From positions 46,872,001-46,936,000 of the forward strand of contig OZ024753.1 in NCBI GenBank assembly GCA_964016885.1: DNA of 64,000 bases, in the 5' to 3' direction. The translations under genes and the position numbers were made by a program. The DNA comes from Eledone cirrhosa. Taxonomy: Eukaryota. A model generated the notes under the pieces. It searched no databases, was not told the DNA's origin, and saw nothing but the letters and a program-made list of their open reading frames with translations. Positions 24,057 through 37,100 of this stretch are shown piece after piece. Each line of letters begins with the position of its first letter. Within the stretch, counting starts at the first letter, position 1.

Positions 24057-26061
24057 TCATAACGGTACGCGATGGGACCCACCCACAGCCCCGGCGGACA
24101 GAATGGAGAAGGCGTTTCCCCGGAGCACGGCAAGGGAGACGCGCTGGAAAAGCCACTCCAACTCGCGGGGCTCACACCTGCGGCTGGCCAGCTCAGCGCC
24201 TATGGTGGTGAGTAAGGAGGTAGCCCTGGGGCCGAGGACACCAGAAGTCTCCACTTCCAGGGGTACGACCGCAAACCTGTCGGAGAGTTAACGATATGTG
24301 AGCAGTTTGGCCCTCTCAGCCTGACGTGCAGCAGAACCTGGGCCAGTCGCAGACTGCACCAGGTTGCGGCTGCAGAAAGTGTCGGTGCAAGTGGCATCCC
24401 AGACGAGGGGTTTGCCACCGCGGAACGGGAAGATGGTCATGCCATCTGGCCTTTTGCCGTCCCCTGGAGCTGGGAAGGGAAGCCTGCAGCGTCCAAGCCA
24501 TGCTTAATGATTTCGTTGAGGGCAGCATGGCGTGGATTGCGGCTGGCACTGTGGCGACAGGAAAGCGGGTGGAGGCCGAAAGAGTCCATGGTGGAACGGC
24601 AGCGACATTGGTGTGAGGCCGAGCCTCAGGGAAACGCCGATGCGCAAGCTATGGTTGTCTAGCTGCGTGCGAGTGGAGAAGGAGGGCAGGGCATGGAGCC
24701 AGGCCCCACTGTGGGGTTTGGAGGCCGCACGAAAACAAACAAGGCGGTGCTGGTCGAGCTGGCACGTGAGCCTGTCTGAGGCCAGGCTGCACTGGATGGC
24801 ATCCCAAGTGTGTTGGGGGGGGACTTGACGTCAACAGGGGGAGAAGGAGGAGGAACGTCTACTGGGCTAAGTCCCAGCCGGTGCCACGTCTCACAGGCGG
24901 CCACGCGTTCTCTGAACACAGAGGGTTCTGTTGTGTTTTGAAGAACCCTGCTGAGGTGGACGTGGTACGAGGTTACCGACGAAAGATACGCCGGCAAAGC
25001 TAGTGAGATCGGGGACTGGAGGCGAAGGTCGCCATACCTGATAGGTAAAGTTGCATATCTCATCGGCTGCTGCTCGGATACAAGTCTGGGTGTAGCACAG
25101 AGTGTATAGAGGAGCTTCGGCATGGCGTAGCAGTTCCTCAGCAGAAAGAGAACTGGGTGGCCATCAATCAAGCCCAGTCGGCTCGTGAGAGTCTGAACTT
25201 GATGGTGGAGCGGATGGCCGGCGGGTGGATCGGTGAGGGCATCCTCTTTGGGGGTCACCTGAACCTGGCGGAGAATGGACCGCACGTCCAAGACGGAGAC
25301 TGCAAAGCTTGCAGCATCGAGGCTGACATTCACCACCTCCGACTTGGCTGAGTTGACCTGGAGGTCGATTCCCGCCAGCGCAGGAACCACCGATTGAAGG
25401 TCATGGCAGACCGCCTGTACGGGCCCACCCAAAGTAGCATCATCCAGATACCAAACGTTGAGAGGGGCCGTTATACTCCGGGCGATGTGGTCAATACCAA
25501 GGGTGAACAGGAGGGGTCCCAAAGGGTTGCCCTGTTGGATCCCAGTAGCCAAGGGTATGACCGTATCAGCAGCATGGCGCATGCTTGGGGCTCCATATGA
25601 CAGGTAGGCAGAGGGGGCTCGGCTGAGGCAGGCCTCGAGCAGATGATCCCAGCGTAAAGAGTTGAAGGCATTCCTCATGTCAAACTTGACAATGAGGTGG
25701 CTGGAGGCCCTGGATGCCGGTTCCGAGTGTTACGGACTTGCAGATTACCTTGGCAGCCAGCCTCCGGAAGACATTGCCCACAGCAATGGGGCGTATGCCA
25801 TCCTCTTTCTTCCTGAGAGCGGTGAGGCTGGCCGAAAAAAAGAGGCCTCGAGCATAAGAGTCCAGGGCGCCATGGATGAGCCTATTGGTGAGCGCCACAA
25901 TTGCACTCAGAAGGCGGCGCCCGGCCTCAGCGGAGAGGGGAGATATCAACTCCTTGAGGAGGCCTGGTCAGAGACCATCAACATCTCCGCAGCTGCTAGC
26001 TGGGAAGGACCTGATGGCGGACATGATGTCTGCATCAGAAGCCACAAGGAGCAAGTGTGGA
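24057..26061 (-). mobile_element. CRE-like remnant, unit 4 (A/B chimera)
   Basis: Same motifs; type A variants up to 25480 and type B variants from 25564. Confidence 0.88.
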
Positions 26062-26705
26062 TTACAATACAAAACCTCTGAGAATGATTTCTAAGATATT
26101 TCACCATAATTAATTTTCATCAATATATATTAATATTATTATTGTTTATTAGGTCAGGTGGATTGGCCAGAACAATTCTACTCTTCCTTTTTAGATGTCA
26201 CGATTTTTCATGGCATTCCTGAGATCATTAATCTCCAGCTGGAGATCCAGAGACATCTGATGTATGTAGGTGAACCTCAGTCATCCCACTTGGCTCTTAC
26301 TATGTTTAGGTATCCACCACAGGAGCCAGCTCATCAGGTCATCCTACCCTCAGCAGCAATGTCCAGCATCTATTGATTTCCGCTCCCTAGTTATTGTGGT
26401 AATCTTCGATATCTGGGAATATATTTCTTCTGCTTAAGGGAGTAATAAATATATAGTTTAAAAAAAAACATATATATACACACACATATATATATGTTGT
26501 CATTTATAAGAGTTCTCTATCAAAAGCCTTCTCTATGTCCAAAGCTAAGTATAGTGGCTTATTTTTCTCTAAGAACCTCTTTTGTAGTTGTCTCACTAAG
26601 AAGAGGGCATCTGTTGCACTTTTCAGCGGCACAAAACCAAACTGCATCTCATACACATACATACATATACATACATACATACATACATATACACATACAT
26701 ACATA

Positions 26706-27060
26706 CATCATCATCATCATCATCATCATCATTTCGTTTTAAGTCCGCTTTTTCCCTGCTTGTAAGGGTGGGACGGGAACTGATTCTGGCTTGATTTCTA
26801 GAGCTGGATGCCCTTCCTAACACCAACCTCATTTACAGTGAGTGCTGAGTGCTTTTTTGCCGTGGCACCTCCACGACCACTTTGCAGTGGAATGATATGG
26901 ACCCCAGTCCCTATCATCTCATTTCTACAGCTGAGTAAACTGGAGCAACGTGAAATAAAGTGTCTTGCTCAAGGAAACAACACATCACCCGGTCTGAGAA
27001 TTGAACTCACAACTTTTCGATTGCCAGGCCAATGCTCGAACCACTAAGCCATGTGCCTCC
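26706..27060 (-). mobile_element. Same SINE, unit 4
   Basis: Near-identical to 5048-5387. Confidence 0.8.
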
Positions 27061-28114
27061 ATATACATATACATATACATACACATACATATACATACAT
27101 ATATATATACATACATACATATATACACATACATACATACACATACATACACATATACATACATATACATACATAGATATATATATATACATAATATAAA
27201 TATACATACATACACATACATAAGCATATACACATAAGTATATATACATATACACACGTATATATACATATACATACATACATATATACACATACATACA
27301 TATATACATACATACATACATATATACATACATACACACATATATACATATACACATACATACATATACATACATATACACATACATACATATATATATA
27401 TACATACACACACATATATACATACACACACATATATACAAACACATACATGTACACATATATACACATACATACACATACATATACATACATATACACA
27501 TATACACTCATATATACATATACATACATACACACACATACATACATATATACATATACATACATAAAGACAAATCCACCTCATGGACGAGAATGCAAGG
27601 GCTCCTCCTCTTTGTTTCGGCCGCGGATGGCTAACCCTAACCCCATCCCCGCTCCCCACCGCTCCCAACCTCCAAACGCAATCCAAAACTTCAGAGTTGG
27701 TACCATTAATGTAGGCACCTTATAGGGTGGCTCTAACGAGGTTGTAGAAATGCTTGAACGTAAGGAGGTCGATGTTTGTTGTATTCAAGAGACCAGGTGG
27801 AGGGGTGGGTCTGCTAGATTCATCGTGGGTAAAGAACGATGCTATAAGCTTTTCTGTGTGGCAAATGACAATGGGCTGGGTATACACATACCACCCCACC
27901 ATCCCACCGCAAAGTGGTCGTGGAGGCGCCGCGGCAAAAAAGCACCCAGCCCACACTGTAAAGCTGACGTGGAGGTGCCACGGAAAAAAAAAAGCACCCA
28001 GCACTCACTGCAAACGGGGTTGGCGTCAGGAAGGGCACCCAGCTGTGGAAACCAATCCAGAATCAGCTCCCACCCCACCCTTGCAAGCATGGAAAAGCGG
28101 ACGTATGATGAAGT

Positions 28115-28157
<43 letters not shown>

Positions 28158-28899
28158 TATATATATACACATATATATATACACACATATATATCAGTGT
28201 ACATATATATATACATATATATATATATATAAATGAATATTTATTCAATTTAAAGCGCCAATTATCTATATATAACAAGATATGAATTTTTCTAGGGATG
28301 GGGGAAATTTTCAGTTTGTTTTTATATTTTCACTTCATTTTTTACTTTCTATTTAATACAGTCTTTGATCCAATATAATCCTGACAGTATTTGAACCAGT
28401 TTACCTCATATATATGTATGCACACACAACACTCAAGTTTCGCCATCTACTGCTATTTCATTCATATTTATTGTTTAATTAACTCTGGTCTAATTCATCA
28501 ACTATTGTTAATTATATTATTACGTAGATTTCTTATAAAATCTAGTGCATATATACGTGTATATATACAGGGAGACACTGTAATAGATGTAAAGAGAGTG
28601 GGAGATAGAGTTATAGAAGTAAAGAGAGGGGGAGAAATAAGCGGTAGATAGAGTAATAGATGTAAAGAGAGGGTTAGAACGTTCAACTTGACAGTCAGTA
28701 CAATGTTCAGCATGGTAGCCAGTACATATGCCAACTACCCAACCGGCCAGCCAGCCGCATATGCGGTTGACTGGCCAGTTGGGCGGTTGGTATGTGGAAC
28801 GTTCAACTACACAGTCAGTACCAAAGTTCAACATTGTAGCCAGTGCATATGCCGATCGCCGCGCCCTCTTTGCTCTATTTTAATGACCTGGAACTAAGT

Positions 28900-29012
28900 A
28901 AAAAGAGTAGGAGATAACTCGACAAGAGCGGAGAGGGTGAGATTCGAACCATGTAAAGTCGTTGGCTCCTGAAGTTCGTAAGCGGGGCTGCTACTGACTG
29001 AGCAGCGCCGGC
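28900..29012 (-). ncRNA. Candidate Pol III tRNA-like RNA, unit 5
   Basis: Same as the unit 3 allele. Confidence 0.5.
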
Positions 29013-30007
29013 AGCAAGGCAAATCGCGCATAAAATAACGCTTATATCGACAAAAAAAAAAAAAAAATTTCAATGTTGCACTCTTGTTTGTTGTTCTTTT
29101 ATTTTACGTAAACATTTCGCTGCTCTAGCCTCTTATTTCCTATTAGATTACACTTAATTCCATTAAACATTCATTCTTAGTCTCGTGGTAAACTATTTCA
29201 TCTATATTTATATCGCTGTTACAGCCTTTTATTTCTACATCTATCACCTATAGCCACTGTTACGCCGGTAGTATAAGTAGCTTTATAACAAGAAACGATG
29301 ATATAACTCCACAAAATGTCTTCTTGAGCAAGACACTTCACTTCATATTGCTCCAGTACACCGAGTTACACATAGACAGATACATACATACATACACAGA
29401 TAGAAATGAGAGGTAGATAGAGTAAAAGATTTAAAGAGAGTGTGAGAAGTACGAGTTAGATAGTGTAAAAGATTTAAAGAGAGGGTGAGAGTGTGACACA
29501 CATTTATCTGTCTATCTCTCTCTATTTTAACACCGGTCGTTATAATTAGTTTTATAACACCGCTATATTACCGACATGAAAGAGGTAAATAATTATTTCT
29601 TAAATGTTTAGAACATGTTTCTCTTGTCTTCTTAAATGTATAGAACATGTTTCTTATTTATATTCTTAACATAGCTAGGACCTTATCTCATTTACTGGTC
29701 TCTACTTTTAGGGCTTTGCTGGTCCCATGTGCCCTCCATGAAGACACACTCGCCCCTTCTCTCTCAGTCTCCGTACTAATTACTACACATACGTATATAT
29801 ATTTATTTTAAGAAACCTTAATGACAAATAATATAAAGTGTTTGTAAAGTGGGGAAGAGTAGTTTTACGGTGGGGTTGTTATATAGATATCGTTTTTGCA
29901 GTGGGGTCGTGATTGGCGTATAATAATGAGTCACTGTTGATGTATATACAAATCATGTTTTGGATATAAGTGAAGTTATTTAAGAGATTTAGTTGTTTTG
30001 TATACAT

Positions 30008-31986
30008 TCATAACGGTACGCGATGGGACCCACCCACAGCCCCGGCGGACAGAATGGAGAAGGCGTTTCCCCGGAGCACGGCAAGGGAGACGCGCTGGAA
30101 AAGCCACTCCAACTCGCGGGGCTCACACCTGCGGCTGGCCAGCTCAGCGCCTATGGTGGTGAGTAAGGAGGTAGCCCTGGGGCCGAGGACACCAGAAGTC
30201 TCCACTTCCAGGGGTACGACCGCAAACCTGTCGGAGAGTGAACGATATGTGAGGAGTTTGGCCCCCTCAGCCTGACGTGCAGCAGAACCTGGGCCAGTCG
30301 CAGACTGCACCAGGTTGCGGCTGCAGAAAGTGTCGGTGCAAGTGGCATCCCAGACGAGGGGTTTGCCACCGCGGAACGGGAAGATGGTCATGCCATCTAG
30401 CCTTTTGCCGTCCCCTCGAGCTGGGAAGGGAAGCCTGCAGCGTCCAAGCCATGCTTAATGACTTCGTTGAGGGCAGCATGGCGTGGATTGCGGGTGGAGG
30501 CCGAAAGAGTCCATGGTGGAACGGCAGCGACATTGGTGTGAGGCCGAGCCTCAGGGAAACGCCGATGCGCAAGCTATTGTTGTCTAGCTGCGTGCGAGTG
30601 GAGAAGGAGGGCAGGGCATGGAGCCAGGCCCCACTGTGGGGTTTGGAGGCTGCACGAAAACAAACAAGGCGGTGCTGGTCGAGCTGGCACGTGAGCCTGT
30701 CTGAGGCCAGGCTGCACTGGATGGCATCCCAAGTGTGTTGGGGGGGACTTGACGTCAACAGGGGGAGAAGGAGGAGGAACGTCTACTGGGCTAAGTCCCA
30801 GCCGGTGCCACGTCTCACAGGCGGCCACGCGTTCTCTGAACACAGAGGGTTCTGTTGTGTTTTGAAGAACCCTGCTGAAGAGGACGTGGTACGAGGTTAC
30901 CGACGAAAGATATGCCGGCAAAGCTAGTGAGATCGGGGACTGGAGGCGAAGGCCGCCATACCTGACAGGTAAAGTTGCATATCTCATCGGCTGCTGCTCG
31001 GATACAAGTTTAGGTGTAGCACAGAGTGTATAGAGGAGCTTCGGCATGGCGTAGCAGTTCCTCAGCAGAAAGAGAACTGGGTGGCCATCAATCAAGCCCA
31101 GTCGGCTCGTGAGAGTCTGGACTTGATGGAGGAGCGGATGGCCGGCGGGTGGATCGGTGAGGGCATCCTCTTTGGGGGGTCACCTGAACCTGGCGGAGAA
31201 TGGACCGCACGTCCAAGACGGAGACTGCAAAGCTTGCAGCATCGAGGCTGACATTCACCACCTCCGACTTGGCTGAGTTGACCTGGAGGTCGATTCCCGC
31301 CAGGGCAGGAACCACCGATTGAAGGTCATGGCAGACCGCCTGTACGGGCCCACCCAAAGTAGCATCATCCAGATACCAAACGTTGAGAGGGGCCGTTATA
31401 CTCCAGGCGATGTGGTCAATACCAAGGGTGAACAGGAGGGGTCCCAAAGGGTTGCCCTGTTGGATCCCAGTAGCCAAGGGTATGACCGTATCAGCAGCAT
31501 GGCGCATGCTTGGGGCTCCATATGACAGGTAGGCAGAGGGGGCTCGGCTGAGGCAGGCCTCGAGCAGATGATCCCAGCGTAAAGAGTTGAAGGCATTCCT
31601 CATGTCAAACTTGACAATGAGGTGGCTGGAGGCCCTGGATGCCGGTTCCGAGTGTTACGGACTTGCAGATTACCTTGGCAGCCAGCCTCCGGAAGACATT
31701 GCCCACAGCAATGGGGCGTATGCCATCCTCTTTCTTCCTGAGAGCGGTGAGGCTGGCCGAAAAAAAGAGGCCTCGAGCATAAGAGTCCAGGGCGCCATGG
31801 ATGAGCCTATTGGTGAGCGCCACAATTGCACTCAGAAGGCGGCGCCCGGCCTCAGCGGAGAGGGGAGATATCAACTCCTTGAGGAGGCCTGGTCAGAGAC
31901 CATCAACATCTCCGCAGCTGCTAGCTGGGAAGGACCTGATGGCGGACATGATGTCTGCATCAGAAGCCACAAGGAGCAAGTGTGGA
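30008..31986 (-). mobile_element. CRE-like remnant, unit 5
   Basis: Same motifs as unit 2. Confidence 0.88.
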
Positions 31987-32916
31987 TTACAATACAAAAC
32001 CTCTGAGAATGATTTCTAAGATATTTCACCATAATTAATTTTCATCAATATATATTAATATTATTATTGTTTATTAGGTCAGGTGGATTGGCCAGAACAA
32101 TTCTACTCTTCTTTTTTAGATGTCACGATTTTTCATGGCATTCCTGAGATCATTAATCTCCAGCTGGAGATCCAGAGACATCTGATGTATGTAGGTGAAC
32201 CTCAGTCATCCCACTAGGGTCTTACTATGTTTAGGTATCCACCACAGGAGCCAGCTCATCAGGTCATCCTACCCTCAGCAGCAATGTCCAGCATCTATTG
32301 ATTTCCGCTCCCTAGTTATTGTGGTAATCTTCGATATCTGGGAATATATTTCTTCTGCTTAAGGGAGTAATAAATATATAGTTTTAAAAAAAACATATAT
32401 ATACACACACATATATATATGTTGTCATTTATAAGAGTTCTCTATCAAAAGCCTTCTCTATGTCCAAAGCTAAGTATAGTGGCTTATTTTTCTCTAAGAA
32501 CCTCTTTTGTAGTTGTCTCACTAAGAAGAGGGCATCTGTTGCACTTTTCAGCGGCTTAATTAATTAATGAGGTTTAATTAATGAGGAATTTTGAGGTATT
32601 TATAACAATTATTAATTATTTCATTACTGAGATATCATTTGAAGGACTTACTAATGTTTTTATTTATTAATTATTTTATTAGTAACTTAACATGTGGTTC
32701 TTGTATAAAATTATGTTGGAAGATTTTAGGAAGATGCTATGTAGCCGGTCGCGGTAAAATAGACGCCCAGGCTATGTAGCCGGTAAGAGTGTCAGACTCC
32801 ATGTGTTGCGGCCCTTTATGGTCTGAGTTAAGACAATTTAAAATCTTTTCCACCATCAATTGTTAAAAAACAAGTTAAAATCATTTTGTCTTCCATTTGT
32901 AACGTACGTTACACTT

Positions 32917-33659
32917 TAGTTACATACACATATACTATGTTACATACACACATCTACTGTGTTACATACACACACATCAACTGGGTTATATACACACACA
33001 TCTACTGCGTTACATACACATCTACTGTGTTACACACACATCTACTGTGTTACATACACACACATCTACTGAGTTACATACACACACATCTACTGTGTTA
33101 CATACACACACATCTTCTGTGTTACATACACACATCTACTATGTTACATACACACATCTACTGTGTTACATACACACACCTGTGTTACATACACACACAT
33201 CTACTGAGTTACATACACACAGATCTACTGTGTTACATACACACACATCTACTGTGTTACACACATCTTCTATGTTACATACACACAATCTACTGTGTTA
33301 CATACACACATCTACTGAGTTACATACACACACATCTACTGAGTTACATACACACACATGTACTGTGTTACATACACACATCTACTGTGTTACATACATA
33401 CACATCTACTGTGTTACATACATACACATCTACTGTTACATACACACATCTACCGTGTTACACACACACATCTACCGTGTTACACACACACATCTACCGT
33501 GTTACACACACACATCTACCGTGTTACACACACACATCTACTGAGTTACATACACATATACTGAGTTACATGCAAACACACATCTACTCTGTTACATATA
33601 CACATCTACTGTGTTACATACACATCTACTGTGATACACACACACACATCTACTCATAC
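32917..33659. repeat. Minisatellite, spacer copy 2
   Basis: Same array with one extra 22-bp monomer near 33125-33150. Confidence 0.96.
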
Positions 33660-34126
33660 ATATTCATAAATAGACACACATTATACAAATAATTATTACA
33701 TACACACACATCTCTGTAATAATTCAGGAAGGAAGGGGCTGGTGAAACGCTATAGCAATGTGTGTGTGTTGTGTACCTTTCAGGTTTACCGGTTTCGTAG
33801 CCTATTTGAAGATTTTATTATAATTATGAACCTTATAATTCAATTAATTATGAATAATTTTGAGCTATTTATCACAATTGTTAGTTAATTACTAACATAG
33901 TAACTTACCATATGGTTGTTATATAGAATTTTGTTGGAAGACTTTAATTTAGATAGGAACCATTTCCATAGTACGAGAACTAATTTTGGCTGGGTTTCTA
34001 CCAAAAGGGTTAATGAAGAATTTTGAACAATTTACTAAAATTATTAATTATTTCATTACTAAGATAATGTGTGAATACACAATTATATGTGTGTATATAT
34101 ATATAAACAGTATATATATATATAGT

Positions 34127-37100
34127 CATCATCATCATCATCACCGTTTTACGTCCGTTCTTCCACGCTAGCATGGGTTAGACGGGTTGTCCTGTTGTGG
34201 GCAGTGTCTGGTCGGCTGACCATGCCTTGCTCATACAGGAACTGATCTGGCTTGATTTCTACAGCTGGATGCCCTTCCTAACACCAACCTCATTTACAGT
34301 GAGTGCTGGGTGCTTTTTCGTGGCGCCTACACGTCCACTTTACAGTGTGGGCTGGGTGCTTTTTTGCCGTGGCACCTCCACGACCACCTTGCGGTGGGGG
34401 GGGGGGGGGCATATTGTTTATATGCTTCAGCATGTACCCATGGGAGGTCGGGTACCCTGTATTACTGCGTGACGCCAGAAGTCACGGTCGTGTGTCATTG
34501 ACTTTGAGAGGTGTAGTTGGGTAAGGTCGGCTTTTATCACCTCATCCCAAGTCATCTTGGGTCTCCCCACTCCGCGGTTTCCATCAACTTCTAGTGCTCT
34601 GCACCTTTTTATGCAGCTGTCATCCTTCATACGCATCACATGTCCATACCAGCGTAACCGCCTCTCCTGCACGCAGCATTTGATTCCTCTTATGCTCAGT
34701 CTCTCTCTCAATTCATTTATGCTTTGTCGTTCACGTATATTACTGTTACACATCCATCGGAGCATGCAGGCTTCGTTTCTCTCTAATCTACGTAAGTCTT
34801 CCACCTTCAGCGCCCAGGTCTCACTACCATGCAACATCGCTGTTCGGATACACGCATCATACAGTCTGCCTTTCATTCTGAGGGAGAAGCCTTTTGCAGC
34901 TAGCAGTGGTAGTAGTTCCCTAAACTTCTTCCATCCCGTTCTTACCCTAGTTATTGTACTTTCTGAGCACCCACCTCCGTTGCTAATTCGGTCACCTAGG
35001 TAGCAGAAGCTGTCTACTGTTTCTACAGGGCCCTCCCAGAGATTGGTGGTACTTGTTTCCTGTGGCTGTTTGCTTGCTGTTTCAGCACAGCTGCTGCATG
35101 TGAATCCTACATTCTTAATTAAGCTTCCTGAGATCCCGCTACATCTCTTGTGTACCCATTGTTTGCATTTGGGGCAAAGAATGGAGTTCCTACCTACACC
35201 TTTCCTACATACTGAGCAAGGCCATTTCCCTGAGGGGATCTGGGTTCTGTTTTCTCGTCTACTTATAAGGACCTTAGTCTTTGTCATGTTGACTTTGAGG
35301 CCCTTTCTCTCTAGTCCCTGCTTCCAGGTTTGGAATTTATTCTCTAGTTCTACCATAGATTCAGCTATGAGTGCGAGGTCATCAGCATACAGGAGTTCCC
35401 ATGGGCATCCGGTCTTAAACTCCTCCGTTATTGCCTGCAGGACTATGATGAACAGGAGAGGGCTAAGAACAGAGCCCTGGTGGACCCCAACCTGTACGCT
35501 AAATTCCTCGCTATACTCATTGCCAATCCTAACTTTGCTGACTGCTCCCCTATACATGGCTTGTACCGCTTTCACAAGCCATTCATCTACTCCTAGTTTT
35601 CTAAGAGCCCACCAGATTACTGCACGTGGAACTCTGTCAAAGGCTTTCTCAAGGTCGACAAATGCCAAGTAGAGTGGCTTACTTTTAGCTAGGTACTTTT
35701 CCTGTAATTGCCTCACAAGGAAGAGCGCATCAGTGGTGCCTTTCCCTGGAACAAACCCAAATTGCATCTCGTCTATATTCACCCGGTCCCTAATCAGCTG
35801 TGCTATAACTCTTTCTGTTACTTTCATGACCTGGTCCATCAACTTTATACCTCTATAGTTTCCTCTATCTAGTGCATCGCCTTTACCTTTGTAGCAGTTG
35901 ACAATGATGCTACTGCACCAATCTTTTGGTATGGCCCCCTCTAGTATTACCTGGTTAACGATACGTGTGGTTATAGTGTGACCTACAGACCCAGATGCCT
36001 TCAGCATCTCGGCAGCTATACCCGATGGACCGGTTGCCTTCCCTATCTTCATATCTCTGATTGCCTTACTTACTACGCTGCCGCTGACTTGTACTGCTGG
36101 TCCCTCTATAGGGTCTACGTGGGGTAGGGTCTCTTCTTCCCATGCATTCTCCTCATTTAGTAATCTATCATAATGACTCTTCCATGCATCTTTCTTCTCA
36201 GCACTTGTGAGGGCAAGCTCACCTTTATCATTCCGGATACACTTCTCTCCAATGACATCACAACTATCTCTGACACACTGCCTCGCAATCTTGAATACCT
36301 CCTGTTTCTGGTCCTCACGTTGTAAAACATGCTTGAATTTTCTATCCTCTGCTTCCCTCCTAGCTAAGTATACTTGTCGCCTAGCTTCCCTCTTGGTCTC
36401 TATGTAATGTACCCTGCTCCCCCCGTTCTTCCATTCTTTCCATGCCTGTCTCTTGGCCTTGACTGCTTCATCTACCTTATTGTTCCACCACCAAGTCACT
36501 CTCCTCCTGCTTGAGGTCTTACTCCAGCCACAAACCTCATCCGTCGCCTCTAGTAAGTTATTTTTTAGGAACTCCCAGTTCTCTTCTACGTTAAATGTCT
36601 CTATCTGTTCTTCTTTACTGTCGTAGGCGTTGAGTAAAATATCTTTAAATCTGTTACTGGTTGAGGGGACTTTCAGCTTCCAGATCTTTCTTCTCCAGGT
36701 TGGCCTCTGTTTCAGGGCTCGTCTAGTTCTGACCGTGAGGTCGCTGACAACTAAGCTATGTTGGGATGTACATTCCTCACTAGGGAAGGCTTTTGTGTTT
36801 ACGACCGTCCATCTGTCACGTCCTCTGATGAGAATAAAATCTAACTGACTAGAGTGCTCCCCTGATCTATAGGTGATCAGGTGGTTGTCGGGTTTTTTAA
36901 AGTTTGTGTTACATATCGACATGTCATTGGCGTCGCAGAATTCTAGAAGTCTGAATCCTTCCTCATTCCTTGTGCCAACTCCATGGCCTCCATGTACTCT
37001 ATTGAAGCCGTCGCAGTGTTTACCTACGTGTCCGTTAAAATCTCCTGCAATGATTAGGAAGTCCTTGTCGTCTGTTAGAGCAGTAGTGTGTATTAGGGAC

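Larger units (their letters stand above)
21840..32555. repeat. Tandem block 2: two units (A/B chimera, B)
   Basis: Marker ORF at 24019 and 29970; same terminal junctions as block 1. Confidence 0.97.
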
